64,000 nucleotides of DNA from NCBI GenBank assembly GCA_964558655.1, contig CAZLEX010000002.1:65600-129599 (forward strand), read 5' to 3'. Within the stretch, counting starts at the first letter, position 1, and the number at the start of each line of letters is the position of its first letter. Both the position numbers and the translations under genes were made by a program. Positions 30,081 to 38,916 of the stretch are shown piece after piece. Under the pieces are notes generated by a model. That model saw only the letters and a program-made list of their open reading frames with translations, made no database searches and was not told the DNA's origin. This DNA is from an uncultured Oscillospiraceae bacterium. GTDB lineage: Bacteria > Bacillota > Clostridia > Oscillospirales > SIG627.

Positions 30081-31736
30081 GTGAAATATCTTTCCGATTT
30101 GGCAAATGAAGAAAATATTTCCGTACGGTCTTTATGGCTGCCTCCCATTCCTCCGAAAATTTTTATTGATGAGCTTGAGAAAAAATATCGGAATACATCA
30201 GTCGGGACAAATCTTTGTCCCATTGTCGGAGAATATGACGATCCGTTTAATCAAAAACAGGGTGTATTGACAGTACCGCTTTCATCTGAGGGCAACTGTC
30301 TTATCTACGGTTCGGCAGGTAACGGTAAAACTACTATGCTGACCGCAATAGCGTATTCGCTTATTCGAAATCACAGTGCCGAAGAGCTCAATCTTTACAT
30401 CATGGATTTCGGTTCTGAAACACTTAAAGTTTTTGAAAAAGCCCCGCAAGTCGGAGGTGTGATTGTTTCCTCAGATTCCGAAAAAACAATTAACTTCTTT
30501 AAAATGTTACATAAAGAAGTTGAACACCGTAAAAATCTATTTTCGGAGTTTGGCGGTGATTACGCCGGATATTGTAAAAATAGCGGCAAGACAGTTCCCA
30601 ATATTGTTGTTCTTATCAATAATTATGCCGGTTTTGCCGAACAGTATGAGGATTTAATCGAGTCTTTTGCTTTGCTTACCAGAGACGGTGTGAAATACGG
30701 TATTTATTTTGCCGTCAGTGCAAGTAATACCAACGCAATCCGTTATGTTATGGCACAGAATTTCAAAATGACTGTGTGTATGCAGCTTAACGATGCGACG
30801 GATTATTCCGTTGTAGTGGGTAAGACCGACGGACTTATTCCCTCAAAGTATAAAGGCAGAGGATTAGTGGCGTTGGACAGAGTTTATGAATTTCAAACCG
30901 CTTACTGCAGCGATGCAAGCGATACCTTTGAGTTTTTAAGCGAATATTGTGAAAAGCTTAAAGAAAATGCTACAATTTTTGCTAAGAAAATACCTGTTTT
31001 ACCGGAGATTGTCAATTTTGATTATGTTAAGGGAAACATTGCCGATTTGAAAAATGTCCCGGTCGGTATTTCAAAGAGGTCGCTCGATATTGTATCCTGC
31101 AATATTTTCGGTAAGGTTGCCTATCCTGTACTTTCGCAGGAAATCCGCCAGAGTGTAAGCTTTACGGAAGAATGGATTAAGGTTATTAGCACGCTTGCCA
31201 ATGTCGTCTGTATTGACGCTGAACAGATTCTCGATATTGAAGGTCAAAACAGCATTGATGTTGTCAGAGACAATTTTGAAGAATATGTTCACGCGCTTTT
31301 TGACGATACGGTAGAACGCAACAATACTTATAAAGACGCCGGAATGGATCCCAAATCTCTTGAAGCCTTCGAACACAAGGTTGTTGTGTTTGCGGGTTAC
31401 AAACGGTTTTTGAGTTTGCTCTCGGCTGACGGGCAGGAAAAGATAGGACTTGTTCTTCTGAAAGCCGAAACAATTTATAAACTGCATTTTATTGTTATCG
31501 ATTCCGTATCCGATTTCGGATCCTACAATTATGAAGCATGGTGTAAAAAACAGATTACAGGTGCCGAAGGAATTTGGGTTGGTGACGGAGTGGCGGATCA
31601 GTACACACTCAAGGTGAATAAGCTTACCAATGAATTGTACGAGGATATCGGTGACGAGTACGGTTATGTCTTTAACAGAAGCCGTCCGACGCTTGTAAAG
31701 TTACTTTCGTCTGTAGATAAAGAGGGGGAAGAATAA
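30081..31736 (+). CDS. FtsK/SpoIIIE-family ATPase, EssC/EccCb-like (two P-loop domains only)
   Basis: LWLPPIP linker motif, Walker A GSAGNGKTT and Walker B-like LYIMDFG, then a second degenerate domain with no Walker A. No TM segment and no FHA domain. GTG start. Confidence 0.8.
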   Translation: MKYLSDLANEENISVRSLWLPPIPPKIFIDELEKKYRNTSVGTNLCPIVGEYDDPFNQKQGVLTVPLSSEGNCLIYGSAGNGKTTMLTAIAYSLIRNHSAEELNLYIMDFGSETLKVFEKAPQVGGVIVSSDSEKTINFFKMLHKEVEHRKNLFSEFGGDYAGYCKNSGKTVPNIVVLINNYAGFAEQYEDLIESFALLTRDGVKYGIYFAVSASNTNAIRYVMAQNFKMTVCMQLNDATDYSVVVGKTDGLIPSKYKGRGLVALDRVYEFQTAYCSDASDTFEFLSEYCEKLKENATIFAKKIPVLPEIVNFDYVKGNIADLKNVPVGISKRSLDIVSCNIFGKVAYPVLSQEIRQSVSFTEEWIKVISTLANVVCIDAEQILDIEGQNSIDVVRDNFEEYVHALFDDTVERNNTYKDAGMDPKSLEAFEHKVVVFAGYKRFLSLLSADGQEKIGLVLLKAETIYKLHFIVIDSVSDFGSYNYEAWCKKQITGAEGIWVGDGVADQYTLKVNKLTNELYEDIGDEYGYVFNRSRPTLVKLLSSVDKEGEE

Positions 31737-31987
31737 TGAAAAAAGTGTTGGTAGAGGTTTTTGTACCCGTTATCGATACCCGTTACGATGTATTTATTCC
31801 CGGCAATTCTCAAATGTCGGAAGTTTTGGAACTTTTGAAAAAAGCTGTTGCCGATTTATCCGGAGGGCGTTTCGTTGCCACCGGAGATGTGGCTGTATGC
31901 TACCGTGAAAACGGTTCTATTATCAATGTTAACATGACGGTTTATGAACTCGGAATTCATAACGGCTCAAAACTCATGTTGATATAA
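31736..31987 (+). CDS. YukD/EsaB-like ubiquitin-fold protein
   Basis: 83 aa. Its beta-grasp-like sequence pattern (RYDVFIPGNSQMSEVLELL...ELGIHNGSKLMLI) and its position directly after the EssC-like gene match EsaB/YukD. Confidence 0.7.
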   Translation: MKKVLVEVFVPVIDTRYDVFIPGNSQMSEVLELLKKAVADLSGGRFVATGDVAVCYRENGSIINVNMTVYELGIHNGSKLMLI

Positions 31988-32010
31988 AAAATTTAAGGAG
32001 GTCATGAAAA

Positions 32011-32313
32011 ATGGCAAGAAACATTCAGGTAACCCCAGAACAATTGGAATCCACCGCAACACAAATTGATAGTTTGGCAGCAGACTATAAGTCTCAGTAT
32101 GATCTGCTCTATAAGGAAACCGATGCGATGGCTTCTACATGGAACGGAAAGGACAACACGGCGTTTACCAATCAGATCGCAGGCTTTAAGGACGATTTCG
32201 AGAAGATGCACACTTTGATGCTTAATTATGCCGATTTCTTAAGAAAAAGTGCAAAATCTTACCGTGATACGCAGGATACCGTTGTATCCGAAGCTCGTAA
32301 ATTACAGAATTAA
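32011..32313 (+). CDS. WXG100-family protein (EsxA-like)
   Basis: 100 aa helical hairpin with a central W-N-G (ASTWNGKD). Strong GGAGG RBS. Confidence 0.85.
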   Translation: MARNIQVTPEQLESTATQIDSLAADYKSQYDLLYKETDAMASTWNGKDNTAFTNQIAGFKDDFEKMHTLMLNYADFLRKSAKSYRDTQDTVVSEARKLQN

Positions 32314-32330
32314 CAGGGAGGAAACATAAA

Positions 32331-32630
32331 ATGGCAGACAACATTAAAATTTCAACACAAGTACTTACAGACACAGCTCAGAAAGTTCGTAATTGCAATA
32401 CTGCAATGGACGACAAACTTAAAGAAATCAATGACAAAATGGACGCTTTGGGAAGCACATGGAAGAGTGACGCAGCTACAGATATTCGTGACGCTATGAA
32501 CGCATTAAAATCGAAGTTTGAACAATACAAAAATGTCATTGAATCTTATGCAACATTCCTTGTAAATACCGCTCAGAGCTATGAGTCAACCGAAGGAGCT
32601 ATTCAGACCAACGCAAACGCATTTAAATAA
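32331..32630 (+). CDS. WXG100-family protein, variant W-K-S turn
   Basis: 99 aa with the same architecture. The turn reads GSTWKSDA. GGGAGG RBS. Confidence 0.75.
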   Translation: MADNIKISTQVLTDTAQKVRNCNTAMDDKLKEINDKMDALGSTWKSDAATDIRDAMNALKSKFEQYKNVIESYATFLVNTAQSYESTEGAIQTNANAFK

Positions 32631-32736
32631 TGCCGAATATTTGCAGGTGGGTGTTTACCCCACCCATCTGCCTAAATTTGAAAACGGTCAATATAAATTT
32701 ATTGTTTATATATAATTTTTACAGGAGAAGAAAAAA

Positions 32737-35151
32737 ATGAAATTGTTTAAGCGGATACTTTGTTTGAGTCTTTCTCTGATATTTGTTGCCCAGATGATGA
32801 TCGGTTGTTCGTCAAAGAAAACCGATGAGGAGATTTATCTTACCAAGGGAGAATTTTTTGCATATTTTGTTTACGAAAATAATATGACATCTCAAAAATA
32901 CAGTACACAGGAAATTCAAAATTGCGAAGACGGTTCTGTTGAAGCTGATATCATCGTTGAGTGGGGATATTTGCCTGAAAAATTGGCAAAGAAAAATTTG
33001 AATAAGCCGGTTGAAAAAGAAATTGTCGTCATGGTTTGTGCCAATGCTACATTTGGCTTAAAGAAAGGCAACTCCGCCGATATAAAAGATGCCGATTTAC
33101 TTAATGCTCCTCAATTAATTGCAGATGCGTATGCAAGCGGTTTTTTTGAATTAGAAAACGGATATTTTGACGGTGCACAGCATATGTCTTTCGCCGATTG
33201 CGAAGAAATAATGAATAAGGCGAAGAATTATACAGCCAATTTCCATTATGAAGCGAATACAGAAACGACTTCTACAGCAGAAGGCGTAAAAGAGCAAGAT
33301 ATTTCAAATTATGAAGACGGCGATATTTTTGTCGAATTTTTCGGGGACGAGGTAGTATTGGAAAACAGTATGGTTGTATCCTCAGAAGAAAAGTTATTCG
33401 AAACGAGTAATGATTCGTCAAAATTTGCCTTTTTGAGTGCGGGCACTTCTCCGCAAATAACTACACTTGAAAGTAAAGTTCAAGATAGCGAAACAACACT
33501 TTTGGCAAAAACACCGAGTCGTCTTAGTGTTAAAGATGTTACGGGCTTTTCCGCAACTTTTACAAAATCTGCATTTGAAGAATCACTTGGTAACCCACAA
33601 ATCGGGGATACAGTTGTAATAAAAAAATTTAAAGAAATAAGCAACGATTATTATGTAGGCGATGACGGTGAAATTATCGGTGTCCTGATTAGTATGGAAG
33701 TAAATGGTTCCAACTATATTTGTAAATTTAAATATCCTGATTTTGAAGAAGCAGTATCAAGCAAGAATATTGAAACAGCCAATGCTTCAAAAATAGATAC
33801 TGAAAAATATGAAATTTTTGAAACGAAAGTAGGCGGATGGGAATTAAGTTTTAATGTAACCTCAAGCTCTGTTGGCGTAACTGCGTCAAAAGGTTATACA
33901 ACTTATGAAACCGGAAGAAAGCAGGATTGGCAGAATTCCAAGCAAACGGTAAATGCGAAAGCTGAGTTCGAAATTAGCAATTTTAATGTTGATATCAATA
34001 ATTTAAAGAGCTTTGTAGATGAAAATAACGGTGAAGGGTTTATAAAAGTCACATGTGACACGACGATGGCTTTTTCACTAAGTCAAAGTTTGAGATATAC
34101 TCCCGATAGCAACAGAAACGGAAAATTTCCGTCAAACTGGTCCAATTCCAGATGGACAGATACCGATTCCAAAGGTGCAAAAGAAATTAAAATTGCCAAA
34201 ATCCCCATTGATGTGTATGGGGTTGCAAGTGTTAATGTATACATTTATTTAGAAATTTCCGTTGACGGAAAAATCGAGTTTTCGACATCTATTGATGGTG
34301 GCGGTGTACAAATTACCGCTAATAACGGAAATGTGTCCGTTCAAAAACTCGGCGAAAAAAAGTCTGAAGCAACTGCAGAAGTAAATTTACACGGCCGTTT
34401 TGGCATTGATGTAAGCGTAACACTTTTTAAATTTATAAATGTAATTGAATATGATATAGGTTTAGATCTCGATATTCATGCTGCGGTTAGTCTTTATTAT
34501 GAAAATAAATTGGAAGCAGACGGTGTATATGCCGATCAAGAAGGCTTAGAGGAATACGCGGCAGATGACAGTAAATTTAATTATTGTATAGGAGTTCAAG
34601 TTACAGTTAGCATTTCAGGTGAGCTGAAGGATTCGGGAGTGAAAAAACTTCTCAAGCTATTTTCAGCCGGAGATTCTTTGAATTTCTCGCATGAATTATG
34701 GACGGGAGGAATTCATATTGAAGACGGAGCTTTTGTTGATAAATGTACTCGCGGCGATGAGGTTGAAGAATCTGACAGCGATGAAGTGGTACTTAGCTCA
34801 TATAAAGTGATTCTCGAAGAAGGCGAGAGCGATTTTATTTCGCTGAAAGCAGTTCCTTCAGAAACTGTGAATTTATTGGATTCTAAGAATTCAATTACAG
34901 TTGAGAGTAACAATCCGGGTATTTGTACTGTAACCTACGACAAAACAAATAATTTGATAATTGTGGAAGCAGTAGGTGAAGGCAGTACCGAAATTGTAAT
35001 TAAAGCAAAAAAGGGTATAGTGTGGTGGAAGGATAACTGTGAGCAAAAAATATCGGTAACAGTTAATCCGTCTTCATACGGTGGTGAGTTTGAGGGTATT
35101 AGTTATATCATCACCAATCCTTATAACACACTAAATTTTAAATACATGTAA
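32737..35151 (+). CDS. Large lipoprotein with C-terminal Big_2-like Ig domain
   Basis: Lipobox ...MMIGCSS. 804 aa, with a C-terminal ISLKAVPSETV...GICTVTYD...VEAVGEGSTEIVIKA pattern typical of bacterial Ig-like group 2 domains. Confidence 0.7.
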   Translation: MKLFKRILCLSLSLIFVAQMMIGCSSKKTDEEIYLTKGEFFAYFVYENNMTSQKYSTQEIQNCEDGSVEADIIVEWGYLPEKLAKKNLNKPVEKEIVVMVCANATFGLKKGNSADIKDADLLNAPQLIADAYASGFFELENGYFDGAQHMSFADCEEIMNKAKNYTANFHYEANTETTSTAEGVKEQDISNYEDGDIFVEFFGDEVVLENSMVVSSEEKLFETSNDSSKFAFLSAGTSPQITTLESKVQDSETTLLAKTPSRLSVKDVTGFSATFTKSAFEESLGNPQIGDTVVIKKFKEISNDYYVGDDGEIIGVLISMEVNGSNYICKFKYPDFEEAVSSKNIETANASKIDTEKYEIFETKVGGWELSFNVTSSSVGVTASKGYTTYETGRKQDWQNSKQTVNAKAEFEISNFNVDINNLKSFVDENNGEGFIKVTCDTTMAFSLSQSLRYTPDSNRNGKFPSNWSNSRWTDTDSKGAKEIKIAKIPIDVYGVASVNVYIYLEISVDGKIEFSTSIDGGGVQITANNGNVSVQKLGEKKSEATAEVNLHGRFGIDVSVTLFKFINVIEYDIGLDLDIHAAVSLYYENKLEADGVYADQEGLEEYAADDSKFNYCIGVQVTVSISGELKDSGVKKLLKLFSAGDSLNFSHELWTGGIHIEDGAFVDKCTRGDEVEESDSDEVVLSSYKVILEEGESDFISLKAVPSETVNLLDSKNSITVESNNPGICTVTYDKTNNLIIVEAVGEGSTEIVIKAKKGIVWWKDNCEQKISVTVNPSSYGGEFEGISYIITNPYNTLNFKYM

Positions 35152-35174
35152 ATACTTTTGAATAGAGGGAAATT

Positions 35175-35687
35175 ATGGCGATTAATGTTAACACTGCAAA
35201 CAGTCAAGCCGAACAATTGAATAACAGCATTTCTCAGTTGCGAAATGCCCGTAAGCAGATGTTAGCATATAAATCTTCTGTTTCGGGCAGTTGGCAGGGG
35301 AAAGAAGTCAATTATATTTTGAAAGCAATCGACCAAGTCGTCGGAGATATTGACAGTGCTGTGGGTGAACTCGATTCATTGAGAAGCGATATCAAGAATG
35401 CGGCAGCTCAGATCAAGCGTGAAGAAGACGCTGCCGCAGCGGCTGCCCGTGCGAGAGCGGAAAAACAGCAAAAAATTACTTATGCACAGAATGTTTACGA
35501 CAGTGCAAGCGAGGAATTGGAGTCATTGACGGATAAAAGAAATAAGCTTGAAGAAAAGTTAAAGAGTGCTTCTTTTACGGAAAAAATTCGCATTTACGAG
35601 GAAATTAAATCCCTTGACAAAAAGCTTGAAGAGGCAAAGGACAAATGCGAAAGTGCGTACGATGCATTAAGGACGGTTAAAAGATGA
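35175..35687 (+). CDS. WXG-like coiled-coil protein (170 aa)
   Basis: The N-terminal 90 aa resemble a WXG100 hairpin with W-Q-G (SGSWQGKE). An Ala-rich linker and a further coiled coil follow. Confidence 0.55.
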   Translation: MAINVNTANSQAEQLNNSISQLRNARKQMLAYKSSVSGSWQGKEVNYILKAIDQVVGDIDSAVGELDSLRSDIKNAAAQIKREEDAAAAAARARAEKQQKITYAQNVYDSASEELESLTDKRNKLEEKLKSASFTEKIRIYEEIKSLDKKLEEAKDKCESAYDALRTVKR

Positions 35688-36790
35688 CCATGAATAAATT
35701 TAAAATCGAATATCTCGCCGATCAAAAGTTTCTTGTTGTTCATGGGCAAAAGGGACAGCAGATAAGCGAACGCGAGTATTATGCGATAAGCAAAGGTCAG
35801 ATACCGGGCTTGCTTCGCGCACAGTTAGTCAGAAAAGGAAATACATTCAGGCTGAACTATAATATATCCGGATATATTTCGCTAAGAGAGTTTCTCGTCA
35901 ATCCTCTCAGTAAGTCCACTTTTGTAAAACTTCTCGGCAACATTCTGGATAATCTCAAATTTTTGCAGAACGCTTACTACAACTATCAATTTATATTGAT
36001 GGATATGAATGCCGCGATGGTTAATCCCGCAACACAGCAGGTGAGCTTTGTTTATGTGCCGATAACCTTTTACGAAAGCGGTACAAATCTGAAAGATTTT
36101 TTGCTCGGTATCATTCAATGCTGTTCTTTTATTCCCGGAGAAAATACCGATTATGTCCGCGATTACATAATAATTCTCAATAGCGGAATTAATTTTTCGC
36201 TGTTTGATTTGGAGGAATATGTCAAAAGGCTGAAAATTGACGAACATACGGTTAAAAATGTCAAAAAATGCACTCATTGCGGCAGTGTGATTTTGCCCAA
36301 TGTCAATTTCTGTTCTTCCTGCGGAATGAAAATCTCCGGCCTGAATACAGATGACCGACAGGGAATATACGATCCTGCCGAAAGTATGCTTCAACCTTTG
36401 AAAAAAGGCGAAAGATTAAATTATTCGGCGGTGAACGGAAAAGAGCAGTATTGTGAAAGTGTGTCGGTAAATGTTATTAACGGAGATGGACAGGTAAGGG
36501 CGTACATATTCAGAATCAAAACAGGGGAACAGATACCGATTACATCGAATTTGTTCAGAGTCGGCAAAGATCCGAACGCTTGCGAATACTGCGTCAGAAA
36601 TAATCCCGCAGTGAGCAGATGTCACATTTTAATAAAACGGGTAAACGGTAAACCGTTTCTTACGGATTTAAATTCGACAAATAAAACTTACATTGATGGG
36701 AAAATGATTTTGCCGAATACGGATATACAGCTGTATGACGGCATGAACATAAGACTTGCAAACGAAGATTTTATATTTAAATTTTATTAA
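35684..36790 (+). CDS. FHA-domain protein with central zinc ribbon
   Basis: C-terminal FHA (FRVGK...VSRCHILI...LTDLNSTNKTYIDG). Double CxxC (CTHCGSV...CSSCGMK). An uncharacterised N-terminal domain of about 190 aa. Confidence 0.85.
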   Translation: MTMNKFKIEYLADQKFLVVHGQKGQQISEREYYAISKGQIPGLLRAQLVRKGNTFRLNYNISGYISLREFLVNPLSKSTFVKLLGNILDNLKFLQNAYYNYQFILMDMNAAMVNPATQQVSFVYVPITFYESGTNLKDFLLGIIQCCSFIPGENTDYVRDYIIILNSGINFSLFDLEEYVKRLKIDEHTVKNVKKCTHCGSVILPNVNFCSSCGMKISGLNTDDRQGIYDPAESMLQPLKKGERLNYSAVNGKEQYCESVSVNVINGDGQVRAYIFRIKTGEQIPITSNLFRVGKDPNACEYCVRNNPAVSRCHILIKRVNGKPFLTDLNSTNKTYIDGKMILPNTDIQLYDGMNIRLANEDFIFKFY

Positions 36791-36805
36791 GCGGGAGTTG
36801 AGAAA

Positions 36806-37099
36806 ATGTATCCGGAGTTTATAGCGATTTATGTAATGTTGGGCATTGTAATTTTAATGTTGGGAGCCGTTCTTTTCTTTTTGATTAAACTTATGAAGAG
36901 GAGCGGTGCAAATTCAAACAATTACTATATGCCGAACTATCAGGCAAACGATAATTATTACGGCGGACAGTATAGGGAACAGTATCCTCAGCAACAGTAT
37001 TCACAGCAGGGCGGCGGAGTGGTTTTTTGCAGACAATGTGCTTCACAGTTTGATTCTTCGCAGGCGTACTGTCCTCATTGCGGAGCGAGAAGACAGTAA
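36806..37099 (+). CDS. Small TM protein with Q/Y/N-rich linker and C-terminal zinc ribbon
   Basis: One TM helix, a low-complexity NYY..QYREQYPQQQYSQQGGG stretch, and CRQC...CPHCG. Confidence 0.55.
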   Translation: MYPEFIAIYVMLGIVILMLGAVLFFLIKLMKRSGANSNNYYMPNYQANDNYYGGQYREQYPQQQYSQQGGGVVFCRQCASQFDSSQAYCPHCGARRQ

Positions 37100-37120
37100 T
37101 TTTTACAGGAGGTGATAACG

Positions 37121-38428
37121 GTGAGCAGAACAAAAATCAATGTTTCGGCGGTAATTGACGCATCGGGGCAAATCAATTCCGCAAAAACTTATGTCTCTTC
37201 TGCTAAAAGCACATTCACCGGAGCAAAAAATGGCATTGACGGCAAAATAAAAAGCAGGTATAACATAAATAACAGGCTTGTTTCCGTTCAAAAGCAACTG
37301 TCGGATATTGACGGTAAGATAAGTAAAATTCGTGCCACCGTTCAATCGGGAGCAAACCTTTACCGTGAAACTGATGACAGAGTGAAGTCTTGGAGGAAAG
37401 ACTTGAATGTCGGCATGAATGTCAACGGTGCAGTCATAAGTAAATGGGCTTTATACTTTAAAAACAACGATGCCGACAATTCAAATGATATTTTCGGTTC
37501 CGACTCATTTAAAGTGTATGCTGATAAAAATAAAACGGAGCACTCCGAAGAATATTTCAAATCAAAAGAATACAGTAAGACCTCATCGTTTAAATCCGAC
37601 GGAGAATTTGACGATATAAGCGAGGATGCTGAAAAATGGAAAGAAAACAAAAAGAAAAAATTAGAAGATAAAGGACTCTATAGAGAAGAAAAAGAGACAA
37701 AGTACTATAACAAGGACGGAAATGAAATCAGCAAGGAAAATGCACCTAATTTTTATGAGCGTCAAGCTACACTTGGCGAGTGGAGCGTTGAAAATAAGAT
37801 TTCTGTTTCTTATTATGAAGGTACATTTGATACCATGCTTGGCGGTGTTGCAGCTGTTACAGTCGGAGAGGCGGAAATGCATGCGGAATTTTCAGCCGGT
37901 TGCTATATAATCGGAAGTGATGGGAAACAAGTTTTCAGTCCCGGCGTTAATGCGGAAGTTGGAGGTAGTGCAACTGCTTTTAATGTCACTTATGAGAATC
38001 AACTTTTTGGCGATGAAATGTTAGGTATGAATGTTGACGGTTCCGTTACAGCCCTCTCTGTTTCTACCGAAGTCGAACTAAATGTTAACTTTATGGGTAA
38101 AGATGAAAAAGGGAATGTTGTTTTTGACCCACAAGTTAATGTCGGTGTAGATGCTGAAGTCGTATTGGTTGAAGTAGAAGGAAGTGTTGGTGTTAATATT
38201 TTAGGCGGAGAGGCCAGTGTTTCCGGAAGTGTTAAGGTGGGCTTTGGAGCTAATGCCGATGTCGGATATAAAGACGGCGTATTTAAATGTGAAATCGGTG
38301 CATCTTTAGGTATTGGATTTGATGTGGGCTTTGAAGTGGATGTTGGCGGTATGGTGAATACCGCAGCCGATGTCGCTTCATCGGCTTGGGACGGCCTGAA
38401 AAACGGTTGGAACAGTCTTTGGGGATAA
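37121..38428 (+). CDS. Candidate T7SS substrate/toxin: helical N-terminus plus Gly/Val-rich C-terminal domain
   Basis: The N-terminal ~100 aa form a helical hairpin-like region ending ...LYRETDDRV. The middle is charged. The C-terminal ~190 aa show an alternating V/G/A/D pattern. GTG at 37121 lies 8 nt after AGGAGG, whereas the GTG at 37112 overlaps that RBS. Confidence 0.5.
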   Translation: MSRTKINVSAVIDASGQINSAKTYVSSAKSTFTGAKNGIDGKIKSRYNINNRLVSVQKQLSDIDGKISKIRATVQSGANLYRETDDRVKSWRKDLNVGMNVNGAVISKWALYFKNNDADNSNDIFGSDSFKVYADKNKTEHSEEYFKSKEYSKTSSFKSDGEFDDISEDAEKWKENKKKKLEDKGLYREEKETKYYNKDGNEISKENAPNFYERQATLGEWSVENKISVSYYEGTFDTMLGGVAAVTVGEAEMHAEFSAGCYIIGSDGKQVFSPGVNAEVGGSATAFNVTYENQLFGDEMLGMNVDGSVTALSVSTEVELNVNFMGKDEKGNVVFDPQVNVGVDAEVVLVEVEGSVGVNILGGEASVSGSVKVGFGANADVGYKDGVFKCEIGASLGIGFDVGFEVDVGGMVNTAADVASSAWDGLKNGWNSLWG

Positions 38429-38431
38429 AAG

Positions 38432-38857
38432 ATGAGCGAATATAAGTTTGTGCTATTTCTGATAATAGGAATAATTTTTTTGTTGATTCATTTGTTTGAT
38501 GTCAAAACCGATAATTTTCAATTTGAGCAATATGACGGCTTTGGAACTATAACAAGAATCAACATGAATGAAAGAGGCCGTACTTGGTATTATGTTGACA
38601 TTAATATCAACGGGCAAGTTTATAGTGCACAAACCGACGCTTATAAGATTGTTCCGAAAGGCGTTGATAAAGGTGATACGGTGTCGGTTAAATATCACTT
38701 TACAAAAAATGGTTTTGTAAGATGTTATATTACACAAGACGGTTTTGAACGAGTTATTCAAGAAAATCAAAATAAGACACCTATAATGTTATATATCGCA
38801 ATTATATGCTTTACTGTTTTTGCATTTATGTTCGTTAAAATTTTGTTGAATTTTTGA
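38432..38857 (+). CDS. Two-TM protein (TM, beta-rich domain, TM), candidate immunity protein
   Basis: It starts 3 nt after the candidate toxin gene. The topology resembles DUF3592-type proteins. Confidence 0.5.
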   Translation: MSEYKFVLFLIIGIIFLLIHLFDVKTDNFQFEQYDGFGTITRINMNERGRTWYYVDININGQVYSAQTDAYKIVPKGVDKGDTVSVKYHFTKNGFVRCYITQDGFERVIQENQNKTPIMLYIAIICFTVFAFMFVKILLNF

Positions 38858-38916
38858 AATAAAGATTGATAAATATTCATGACTATAGTATAATTAAAAA
38901 AACGGAGGTAATAGCT

